Assembly (NCBI RefSeq): GCF_051866355.1
Contig: NZ_JBJDWZ010000133.1
Span: 1 to 53,368 of the forward strand
Length of the DNA: 53,368 nt
Reading direction: 5' to 3'
DNA from: Anaerovibrio sp.
GTDB taxonomy: Bacteria; Bacillota; Negativicutes; Selenomonadales; Selenomonadaceae
The notes under the pieces were generated by a model. The model saw only the letters and a list, made by a program, of their open reading frames with translations. It made no database searches and was not told where the DNA came from. Numbering within the stretch: position 1 is the stretch's first letter; each line of letters starts with the position of its first letter. A program made the position numbers and the translations under genes. This document shows, piece by piece, positions 1 through 7,636 of this stretch.

Positions 1-142
1 CTGAGGGTACTGCCGCAGACTGTCCCTTTAAATGTCTGAACAGAGTCCACAAAATGTCAAACTATATTCAATATATGCTCGAAGTAACAATCAAGCACTA
101 CGAAAAACTGAAATTTATAAATATGTGTTTCTGGTATTTTGC

Positions 143-171
143 TTGCTGTCAGGTGATTGGTATGTTATAAT
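143..171 (+). promoter_or_regulatory. sigma-A-type promoter upstream of rbgA
   Basis: TTGCTG(143-148)-17 nt-TATAAT(166-171), with TG extended -10. Confidence 0.55.
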
Positions 172-190
172 TTTTACAGAACTTGTTTTC

Positions 191-230
191 TTGTACCTTC
201 CTTGTCTACCATTTGTCAACATTTTGTCAG
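191..230. repeat. Four 11-bp-period direct repeats (TTGT[C/A]); candidate response-regulator operator
   Basis: TTGTA 191, TTGTC 202, 213, 224; a similar array has GTC cores at 34, 45, 56. Confidence 0.5.
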
Positions 231-381
231 CAAACGCGGATTTTTCTATGAAAATACGGGAAAATACGGTTTAGGACAATATAGGATGTATTAAGAAACT
301 GTGTTTAGATATTTGACCACATGACCAATAAAAATGCGGTTTTGTGGAAATACTATAAAAGATTGATGAGGACTATATCGA

Positions 382-1311
382 ATGGAAAATACGATTAAAA
401 CACCAATGCCCCAAATCCAGTGGTATCCTGGTCACATGAAGAAGGCCAGGGATATCATCACAGACAACCTGAAGCTGGTGGATGTAGTGATTGAGCTTTT
501 GGACGCGCGGATTCCATACAGCAGTGCCAATCCTATGCTGCAGGAGATTATTGCGGGAAAGCCGCGGCTGGTGGCACTGAATAAGTCTGATCTGGCGGAT
601 GCCGGGGTGACGAAGGAATGGGTGGCTTATTTCCGCAGGCAGGGAATTCCTGCCGTGGCAGTGGATGCACCTCAGGGGCGCGGCATCAAGCAGCTGGTAG
701 CCATGACGGAGAATCTGGCGAAGCCGATGACGGATAAGCTGGTCAGCAAGGGGGCAAAGGCCAGGGCGGCCAGGGTCATGATTCTGGGCATTCCCAATGT
801 GGGCAAGTCCTCGCTGATTAACCGGCTGGCCGGTTCCAACAAGGCCAAAACAGCCGATAAGCCGGGTGTGACACGCGCCAAGCAGTGGATTCGTCTGGGC
901 GGCAGTCTGGAGCTTCTGGATACGCCGGGTATTTTGTGGCCGAAGTTCGAGGATATGACTGCCGGCCTGAAGCTGGCATTTACGGGGGCCATCAATGATG
1001 AGGCTATCGACCGTGAGCTGATTACAGGGGTATTTCTGCAGACGATGGCGGCAATGTATCCTGACAGGCTGCGGGAGAGGTACAAGCTGGCAGGGGAGCT
1101 GCCGTCAGAGCCGCACGAGCTTTTGGAGCTCATAGGCAGGAAGCGCGGCTGTCTGGTCAAGGGCGGCATCGTTGATACGGAGAAGGCACAGCGCATAGTG
1201 CTTGCTGATTTCAGAAGCGGCAAGCTGGGAACTGTCAGCCTTGACAAGCCGCCGACGGAGGAAGAGGATGGCACAAAGGCAGGGCAGGAAGCTGACGCAG
1301 GACAGGCTTGA
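382..1311 (+). CDS. rbgA: Ribosome biogenesis GTPase RbgA/YlqF
   Basis: IQWYPGHM N-terminus; circularly permuted G motifs NKSD, GIPNVGKSS, DTPG. Confidence 0.97.
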   Translation: MENTIKTPMPQIQWYPGHMKKARDIITDNLKLVDVVIELLDARIPYSSANPMLQEIIAGKPRLVALNKSDLADAGVTKEWVAYFRRQGIPAVAVDAPQGRGIKQLVAMTENLAKPMTDKLVSKGAKARAARVMILGIPNVGKSSLINRLAGSNKAKTADKPGVTRAKQWIRLGGSLELLDTPGILWPKFEDMTAGLKLAFTGAINDEAIDRELITGVFLQTMAAMYPDRLRERYKLAGELPSEPHELLELIGRKRGCLVKGGIVDTEKAQRIVLADFRSGKLGTVSLDKPPTEEEDGTKAGQEADAGQA

Positions 1312-1349
1312 AGGGCTGTATCCTGTGAAGAATTTATGGGTAAGTGTAT

Positions 1350-2132
1350 ATGGATATTAGCAAATTGACGATAAAAGAGTTGGAACGGCTTTTCAAATCC
1401 GGGCAGGTGACGGAGGATTTGCTGGCGGCATGCCGACAGGATGGAAGGGCTGCGGCAGGCAAGCTCCTGCAGAAGTATGAGCGTCAGCAGGCAAGGCTGG
1501 CAGAAGAGCGGCAGAGATTGCTGTCCATGTATCAGTACGAGCAGGAAGCAATAAAAAAAGGCTGTGAGCTGGTCGCCGGTGTGGACGAGGCGGGCAGGGG
1601 GCCGCTGGCAGGCCCTGTTTCTGTAGCCGCTGTGATACTGCCGGAAAAGCTCATGCTGCCGCGCCTCAATGATTCAAAGAAGCTGAGTGCCCGGGTGCGG
1701 GATGAGCTGTACGATGAGATTATGGCAAAGGCCGTGGCTGTAAAGCAGGTTTTTGTGGATTCTGCCGTGATTGACCGGATTAACATACTGCAGGCTACCA
1801 TGCAGGGCATGTACGATGCAATAGATGGCCTGCCACAGAAGCCGCAGATGGTGCTGATAGATGCCGTGCATCTGGACAGGCTGCCTATGCCCCAGCTGTC
1901 CCTGATTAAAGGTGATGCCAGGTCAGCCTCCATAGCGGCGGCCTCCATTATTGCCAAGGTTGCCCGTGACCGTCTGATGGATGAGTATGACAGGCAGTAT
2001 CCGCAGTATGGCTTTGCCAGCCATAAGGGATATGGCACGGCGGAGCATGTGGAGGCTGTCAGGAGGTATGGTCCATGCCCTATTCATCGTCTGACTTTTG
2101 AACCTGTCCGTTCCATAATGGAAAAGAGATAA
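1350..2132 (+). CDS. rnhB: Ribonuclease HII
   Basis: GVDEAGRGPLAGP, DSKKL, IKGDA, HKGYGT motifs; Firmicute N-terminal extension; follows rbgA. ATG 1350 chosen (GTG 1344 is an alternative). Confidence 0.97.
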   Translation: MDISKLTIKELERLFKSGQVTEDLLAACRQDGRAAAGKLLQKYERQQARLAEERQRLLSMYQYEQEAIKKGCELVAGVDEAGRGPLAGPVSVAAVILPEKLMLPRLNDSKKLSARVRDELYDEIMAKAVAVKQVFVDSAVIDRINILQATMQGMYDAIDGLPQKPQMVLIDAVHLDRLPMPQLSLIKGDARSASIAAASIIAKVARDRLMDEYDRQYPQYGFASHKGYGTAEHVEAVRRYGPCPIHRLTFEPVRSIMEKR

Positions 2133-2158
2133 TGTGATTATTTTCGGGGAGGTACGTC

Positions 2159-4261
2159 ATGCCCACAAATGTAAATACAGCGGTAGGTCCTTCTATACAG
2201 CCTGCAGGCAGGACTGCAGAAACCAAAACAGACCGCATAGCAATAAATAAGGATGGCGGTTCCAGCTCGGCCTTTGCCAAGCAGACCGATGTCAAATTTA
2301 CTAATTCTGTGGATAACATGTCTGCAGTGCTGGATAAGGTTGCCAACAGCCGTCTGGGGACGGAGGCTGTACTGCCGAAACAGCTGCAGCAGATGATAAA
2401 CAATGTGGTGCGGAATGCGTTTTCCCTGGAAAGCTCTCTGGGCGAGGGGCTGGGCAGTGCTATGGCCAGCGAGCGGTATTCGATAGAGCAGCTTACCACG
2501 CTGGGGCGGATTTTCCAGCAGCTTGGCAGCATGGCAGAGGTCAATGCGGCTTCCTCCGGCCAGCTGGCAGGCATGCAGGATAGCGGCGGCGTTATGGCAG
2601 GGGAGCTGACTGATGCCCTGCAGGTGATGATGGCCAATATCAGAAATCTGGTGGGTGAAGGAATTCTGTCAGGCAATAGTGGCAATTTGGAGCTGGTGCA
2701 GCTGAACAAGCTGGCTTTCCAGCTTTTGAACAGCGGCAGTACGGAAGGTATGCCGGGGGATTTTGTGCGGCTTCTGCAGCAGCTGTCAGGTCAGCTGATG
2801 GCCGCAGGACAGGCGCCGCAGGCGGCAGTACAGGAAGACGGGGCGGCCGGTGCCCTGAAGCAGCTGATAGATGTGCTGTTCCCGCGTCCTTTGACCGCCG
2901 GTAATAGTTCGGCCGCTTCATCATCAGGCACTAACGTTGCAGGTGGCAATGCAGGAAATGCGGCGGGAAGTGCCGCAGGCGGCAGCCTGCTGAATGCCGG
3001 CAACGGAATGCCGGCAGCAAATTCCGGCGCAGCTGCCACAAACATCAATACAGGCATCGGTTCAGGTGCAGGTCAGGGCGTGAGTGTCAACGTGAATGGC
3101 GGTGCTAACGTAAATACGGCAGCGGATGCATTGGCAGGGGGCAGTAATGCTGGCAGTGCTACAGGTACCGGCTCCGGCGGAGCAGGTATGGGCGCGGCAG
3201 CCGGAGCCGGTGGAGCTGCGAATGTCAATGCCAATGGCAATACGGCTGCCAATACGGATGCCAGCGCAAATGGGCAGGCAAAGCAGGCCGGGCAGATGAT
3301 GACCGGCAGGGAGAGCGGCGTGCAGGAAAATGGCGGCCGCCAGTCAGTCAGTGCCAATGCCAATGCCGGTGCAAATCCTAATCCTAATGCCAATGCACTG
3401 CAGGGAAATACCTCCCATCAGGCCGCCGAGCTGGAAAACAACCCTCTTTTCAGGCAGATTTTCAGCCGCTATGGCTATACTCAGGAAACCGGTGTGGTGA
3501 AAAATCCCCAGCACAGTCAGCAGCAGGCGCCGCAGCTGCAGCTGGCCAACAACCAGCAGACGGTGGCGGCCTTCAAGGATATGGCACAGCTTCTGCTGAA
3601 GGACAGCAGTATGACAGCAAAGGATGTGCAGCTTCTGCAGGATTTTGTCAATGGCAGTCAGGAGGCCCTGAGCCAGCAGGATGCAAAGCAGCTGAACCTG
3701 TTGCTGAGGATGGTGCAGAGCAATATTCCTGCCGCTGTCCAGCAGGCAGGCCAGCAGCAGGGCATGGAAGGACTGCCGAAGCTGTGGGCCTTCTTGCAGC
3801 TGGCGGAGCTGGGAACCTTGAAGGGCATCCGGGCGAAGGAGCTGAAAAATGCCAGCAAGGAAATCAGGACGGTGATTTCCTCCATGAAGGGCGCAGTCAG
3901 CAGCGAGGGCAGCTACAGGGCGGATGGGCAGAAGTCCATCAGTTTTGTCATGCCGCTGTATATCGGGGAAAATGAGCAGAGCTATCCGGCCTACATCAAT
4001 CTCTACGATGAGCCGTCCCATGAAGATGAGCAGGGCAGGACGAGGAAGGATACCTGGTTCCGCGTCTGTGTGCTGACGGAAAATATCGGGGCGGTGGACA
4101 TAGTCTGCCAGCTTTATGAGGGCAACAACCTCAATCTGCGGATTCAGTTTTCGGATCAGGAGGCCGTGCGGGCCTTTGGCGAGTATCTGCCCGACATCAG
4201 GAAGGCACTGTATGATACATCGGTTCATTTGAATGATTTGAGGGTGGGGACGGTGAAGTAA
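2159..4261 (+). CDS. YlqG-like / FliK C-terminal-like protein with central low-complexity region
   Basis: GGAGG RBS; 700 aa; Q/A/G/N-rich; C-terminal 'LTENIGAVDI...LNLRIQF...LPDIRKAL' resembles the FliK T3S4 domain; lies between rnhB and a FlhB-C-like gene, as B. subtilis ylqG does. Confidence 0.65.
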   Translation: MPTNVNTAVGPSIQPAGRTAETKTDRIAINKDGGSSSAFAKQTDVKFTNSVDNMSAVLDKVANSRLGTEAVLPKQLQQMINNVVRNAFSLESSLGEGLGSAMASERYSIEQLTTLGRIFQQLGSMAEVNAASSGQLAGMQDSGGVMAGELTDALQVMMANIRNLVGEGILSGNSGNLELVQLNKLAFQLLNSGSTEGMPGDFVRLLQQLSGQLMAAGQAPQAAVQEDGAAGALKQLIDVLFPRPLTAGNSSAASSSGTNVAGGNAGNAAGSAAGGSLLNAGNGMPAANSGAAATNINTGIGSGAGQGVSVNVNGGANVNTAADALAGGSNAGSATGTGSGGAGMGAAAGAGGAANVNANGNTAANTDASANGQAKQAGQMMTGRESGVQENGGRQSVSANANAGANPNPNANALQGNTSHQAAELENNPLFRQIFSRYGYTQETGVVKNPQHSQQQAPQLQLANNQQTVAAFKDMAQLLLKDSSMTAKDVQLLQDFVNGSQEALSQQDAKQLNLLLRMVQSNIPAAVQQAGQQQGMEGLPKLWAFLQLAELGTLKGIRAKELKNASKEIRTVISSMKGAVSSEGSYRADGQKSISFVMPLYIGENEQSYPAYINLYDEPSHEDEQGRTRKDTWFRVCVLTENIGAVDIVCQLYEGNNLNLRIQFSDQEAVRAFGEYLPDIRKALYDTSVHLNDLRVGTVK
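2890..3400 (+). repeat. Gly/Ala/Asn/Ser low-complexity coding tract including NANANAGANPNPNANA-like repeats
   Basis: Translation AGGNAGNAAGSAAGG...ANANAGANPNPNANA; GCCAAT/AATCCT hexamer repeats at about 3352-3398. Confidence 0.8.
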
Positions 4262-4276
4262 TTGCTGAAGGATAGA

Positions 4277-4606
4277 ATGAAGCCCAGGGAGGAGCCGGAG
4301 GAGGATCCGCAGGCCGAAAAGAAAGCCGTTGCCATCAAGTATGACATGGAAAAAAACAAGGCGCCAAAGCTGGTAGCCAAAGGCAAGGGTCATGTGGCGG
4401 AAAACATACTGGAAGCGGCCAAAAAGGGACAGGTGCCTGTCTATCAGAACAAGTCCCTGGTCAATATGCTGATGGCTTTGGAGCTGGATAAGGAAATTCC
4501 AACGGAGCTGTACACTACGGTGGCAGAAATACTGGCCTATGTGTACAGGATTGACAGGCGGCGCAGGGAAAAAATCCTGGAGGAGCCGCCGATGAAGGGA
4601 CTGTAA
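4277..4606 (+). CDS. Stand-alone FlhB C-terminal (EscU/YscU/HrcU switch) protein, YlqH/FlhX-like
   Basis: AVAIKYD..KAPKLVAKGKG..AENILE.A...VPV...EIPTELY..VAEILAYVY matches FlhB-CC; no TM region and no NPTH. Confidence 0.9.
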   Translation: MKPREEPEEDPQAEKKAVAIKYDMEKNKAPKLVAKGKGHVAENILEAAKKGQVPVYQNKSLVNMLMALELDKEIPTELYTTVAEILAYVYRIDRRRREKILEEPPMKGL

Positions 4607-4611
4607 TACTG

Positions 4612-4971
4612 GTGGACAGCAAGGAACTTGGCAGGCGCGGTGAGGCACTGGCGGCGCAGTATCTGGCGACGCATGGCTGCAGTATTGTGGAGCAGAACTA
4701 CCGCTGTCCTGCGGGAGAGATTGATATTATTGCCAGATGCGGTGAGCTGGTGATTTTTGCCGAGGTAAAGACAAGGAGGTCCGGCAGGTTTGGCAGGCCC
4801 GGTGCGGCAGTGGATTCTTTCAAGCAGCAGAAGATTATCAGGAGTGCCGGCTGGTATATCCGCGGCAAAGGGCTGGAGGGCAGCCGCTTCCGTTTTGATG
4901 TGCTGGAAGTGATGCGCACTCCTGCAGGGCAGATGAGCGTAAATCACATCAGGGGTGCTTTTGAAGCCTGA
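4612..4971 (+). CDS. yraN: YraN/UPF0102 family putative endonuclease
   Basis: LGRRGE..A..YL, GEIDII, FAEVKTR, RFDV motifs. Confidence 0.93.
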   Translation: MDSKELGRRGEALAAQYLATHGCSIVEQNYRCPAGEIDIIARCGELVIFAEVKTRRSGRFGRPGAAVDSFKQQKIIRSAGWYIRGKGLEGSRFRFDVLEVMRTPAGQMSVNHIRGAFEA

Positions 4972-4992
4972 TGTGAAGAGAGGATGTATGGT

Positions 4993-5553
4993 ATGAAGAT
5001 TATAGTGGGCATTACCGGTGCCAGCGGCAGTATCTACGGGCTGAAGCTCATAGAGGTGCTGAAAAACGCCGGTCATCAGGTTCATGTGGTGATTTCGGAC
5101 AGCGGCGTCGGGGTGATTCAGTACGAATGTGATACTACATTGGAGGATATAGCTCTGGTGGCGGACAAGATATACAATGTGCATAACGTGGGAGCGGCCA
5201 TTGCCAGCGGCTCTTTTCAGGCGGATGCCATGGTAATAGCACCCTGCTCCATGAACACCTGCGGCTGTCTTGCCGGCGGCATCACGGATAATCTGCTGAC
5301 CCGTGCGGCGGATGTCATGCTGAAGGAGGGGCGCAAGCTGATTGTGGTGCCGCGGGAAACGCCGATGCATGCCGGGCATCTGGAGAATCTTCTGAAGCTG
5401 AGCCGGATGGGCGCCGTGATTATTCCGGCGAGCCCGGGATTTTACCATCGGCCTGACACAATTATGGATCTGGTGAATATGCTGGTCGGCAAAATTTGCG
5501 ATAATCTGGGCGTAAAGAACAATTTGTTCGCCCGCTGGCAGGGAATAATGTGA
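4993..5553 (+). CDS. ubiX: Flavin prenyltransferase UbiX
   Basis: IIVGITGASGSIYG, ASGS, APCSMNT, RAADV.LKE.RKLI.VPRETP, PGFYHRP. Confidence 0.95.
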   Translation: MKIIVGITGASGSIYGLKLIEVLKNAGHQVHVVISDSGVGVIQYECDTTLEDIALVADKIYNVHNVGAAIASGSFQADAMVIAPCSMNTCGCLAGGITDNLLTRAADVMLKEGRKLIVVPRETPMHAGHLENLLKLSRMGAVIIPASPGFYHRPDTIMDLVNMLVGKICDNLGVKNNLFARWQGIM

Positions 5554-5707
5554 AAAAAACCTAAAAAGATTTGTGATATTCTCTGAAAAAACTTGATATG
5601 TGAAGCAATACAGTATTTACATCCTTCTGCAACAATGCTATATTTAATTTGTAATTAAGTGCACGACAATTACGAATTTTAAGAAATGTTCAGCAGGGGG
5701 ATGAGCA

Positions 5708-5977
5708 ATGGCTTATGTAAATCTGGTAGCAGAAGATAGTCTTGTATACGATATAAAAAAGAAATTGGGGGTGATATCAACAGCGAGAAATGGCTGGACG
5801 AAGGAAATCAACCTGGTGGCCTGGAATGGCGGTGAGCCGCGGTATGAGCTGCGCTCATGGTCGCCTGACCACAGACGGATGGGCAAGGGGATTTCCTTCA
5901 ACAAGGAGGAACTGGGGTCGTTGCGGGAGATTCTGACGCAGCTTGGCCCTGAGCGCAATCTGCAGGCAGGGGTATAG
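5708..5977 (+). CDS. YdbC/PC4 family ssDNA-binding protein
   Basis: GWTKEINLVAWNG...YELRSWSPDH.RMGKGISF signature. Confidence 0.9.
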   Translation: MAYVNLVAEDSLVYDIKKKLGVISTARNGWTKEINLVAWNGGEPRYELRSWSPDHRRMGKGISFNKEELGSLREILTQLGPERNLQAGV

Positions 5978-6033
5978 CCTGCAGGGCGGCATTCTTCAGG
6001 ACAGACATGAGAAAATAAAAATAAAAGTGCAAT

Positions 6034-6079
6034 AAAATGACCGAGGATGCGCAGGGGATTGGCGTCTTCGGTCATTTTT
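6034..6079. terminator. Bidirectional intrinsic terminator between convergent ydbC and aroE
   Basis: AAAATGACCGAGGATGC...GCGTCTTCGGTCATTTT, with A and T tracts on either side. Confidence 0.85.
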
Positions 6080-6108
6080 GCTGTGCGCTATGCGCTGTTT
6101 CTGTGCAG

Positions 6109-6975
6109 TTATGATTTTCCGGAAGTCGGGCAGAGGGCCGATCGGAGCGCTGCCGCCATCGGTTCCCGTGGCAGCTGCAGGCCTGTCCAGAGGCGGAAGG
6201 CCTCTGCGCCCTGCCCGACCAGCATGGCCTCGCCGTTGAGCGTCCGGCAGCCATGCTCCCTGGCAGTTTTGAGGAAGAGGGTTTCGGCAGGGGTGTAGAT
6301 GATGTCATAGACAAAGGCATCGGGGCTTACCCTGTCCCAGTCCACAGGCGGCATGGCATCTGTAGCCGGTGTCATGCCCAGGGGGGTGGAGTTTATCAGG
6401 AGCTGTGCCCGGGGCAGCTTTGCGGCAAACTCGTCAGAGTGCCAGTCCAGCACCTCAATGTGCATGTATTGGCGGAAATACTCCGCAACAGGCTGAACCT
6501 TGGCGACGTTCCGTACGCCGATGGTGAGGGTGCTGACCCTTTCTTTGATAAGGCCCCAGATGATGGCCCGGGCGGCGCCGCCGGCACCCAGCAGGATGGC
6601 ATTTTTGCCGGAGGGAGAGAAGCCCTCCTGCTTCATGCCGTCAATAAAGCCTGTCACGTCGGTGTTGTAGCCCGTCAGATGGCCGTTTTCGTTTTTGACG
6701 GCATTGACGGCGCCGATGATTTTGGCATCCTCGTGTATTTCATCCAGGTATTCCATGATGGCCTGCTTGTGGGGGATTGTGACGTTAAAGCCGCAAAAGC
6801 CCAGCGCCTTAAGCCCCTTCACCGCCGCTTCCAGATTTTCGTTCAGCACCGGCATGGCGATATAGGCATAGTCCAGCCCTGCGGCCTGAATGCCCGCATT
6901 CTGCATGGCAGGGGAAAGGGAGTGGGCAATGGGATTGCCTATTACGCCCATGTTGATGGTTTTTCCAGTAAACAT
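6109..6975 (-). CDS. aroE: Shikimate dehydrogenase
   Basis: GNPIAHSLSP, NVTIPHK, GYNTD, GAGGAARA, DIIYTP, MLVGQGA. Confidence 0.97.
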   Translation of the reverse strand: MFTGKTINMGVIGNPIAHSLSPAMQNAGIQAAGLDYAYIAMPVLNENLEAAVKGLKALGFCGFNVTIPHKQAIMEYLDEIHEDAKIIGAVNAVKNENGHLTGYNTDVTGFIDGMKQEGFSPSGKNAILLGAGGAARAIIWGLIKERVSTLTIGVRNVAKVQPVAEYFRQYMHIEVLDWHSDEFAAKLPRAQLLINSTPLGMTPATDAMPPVDWDRVSPDAFVYDIIYTPAETLFLKTAREHGCRTLNGEAMLVGQGAEAFRLWTGLQLPREPMAAALRSALCPTSGKS

Positions 6976-7028
6976 AATCAGTTTCAGCTCCTTGGTGTTT
7001 TTTATCTATTATACTAAAAAATTTTTAC

Positions 7029-7076
7029 AAATGTCTACTGGTACTATTGTCAAGTTTACATTTATCGTGCTATAAT
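7029..7076 (+). promoter_or_regulatory. Promoter of thrR-hom-thrB overlapped by an imperfect inverted repeat
   Basis: TTGTCA(7047)-18-TATAAT(7071) with TG; AAATGTCTAC-N15-GTTTACATTT. Confidence 0.55.
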
Positions 7077-7128
7077 ATCCCTTGTATGTAGAAAAACATC
7101 TTTTTAGGGTGTACGGAGGGAAGCAAAA

Positions 7129-7584
7129 ATGAGTAAATCAGAAAAAAACGGTTATTTTCTCGTGCGTGAGGAAATTCTGCCAGAAGCTATAAAGAAAACC
7201 ATCCGGGTAAAGGAAATGCTGAAGCGCGGCGATGCCCGCACCATCAACGAGGCGGTGGAGCGCATGGAGCTGAGCCGCAGCGCTTATTACAAGTACAAGG
7301 ATTACGTATTTCCTTTTTATGAGGCCAGCCAGAACAAGATTGTGACACTCACTTTTCTGCTGGAGCATAAGCGGGGCGTATTGTCCAGCGTGCTGAACAC
7401 CATTTCCGGGGATTCCGGCAGTGTGCTGACCATCAATCAGGGCATACCTCTGCAGGGGGTTGCCAACGCTACCGTATCCATTGAAACTGCCAACATGTCG
7501 GTTGATCTGGAGGCGCTTCTGGACAAGCTGCGCATGGTTGACGGCGTGAAGCGCATGGAGGTACTGGGACAGGCTCAGGCCTGA
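7129..7584 (+). CDS. thrR: ACT-domain transcriptional regulator ThrR (PheB/UPF0735)
   Basis: LVREEILPEAIKKT...EAV..MELSRSAYYKYKDYVFPF HTH plus C-terminal ACT; directly upstream of hom-thrB. Confidence 0.88.
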   Translation: MSKSEKNGYFLVREEILPEAIKKTIRVKEMLKRGDARTINEAVERMELSRSAYYKYKDYVFPFYEASQNKIVTLTFLLEHKRGVLSSVLNTISGDSGSVLTINQGIPLQGVANATVSIETANMSVDLEALLDKLRMVDGVKRMEVLGQAQA

Positions 7585-7636
7585 TGCGGCGCGTTTTTTC
7601 CCGGTGATTTGACTTAGAAGGAGAATTTTTTGTTTT

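Noticed and set aside
32-274. 80-aa ORF at the window start
   Set aside because: AT-rich, no RBS, atypical codon usage; overlaps promoter and repeat elements.
2126-2145. Fur box or sigma-28 promoter before the FliK-like gene
   Set aside because: GATAAT-GTG-ATTATT has the wrong spacing for a 7-1-7 Fur box, and no TAAA-N15-GCCGAT element is seen.
5570-5590. Rex operator (TTGTGA...) upstream of ydbC
   Set aside because: The right half-site does not match TCACAA.
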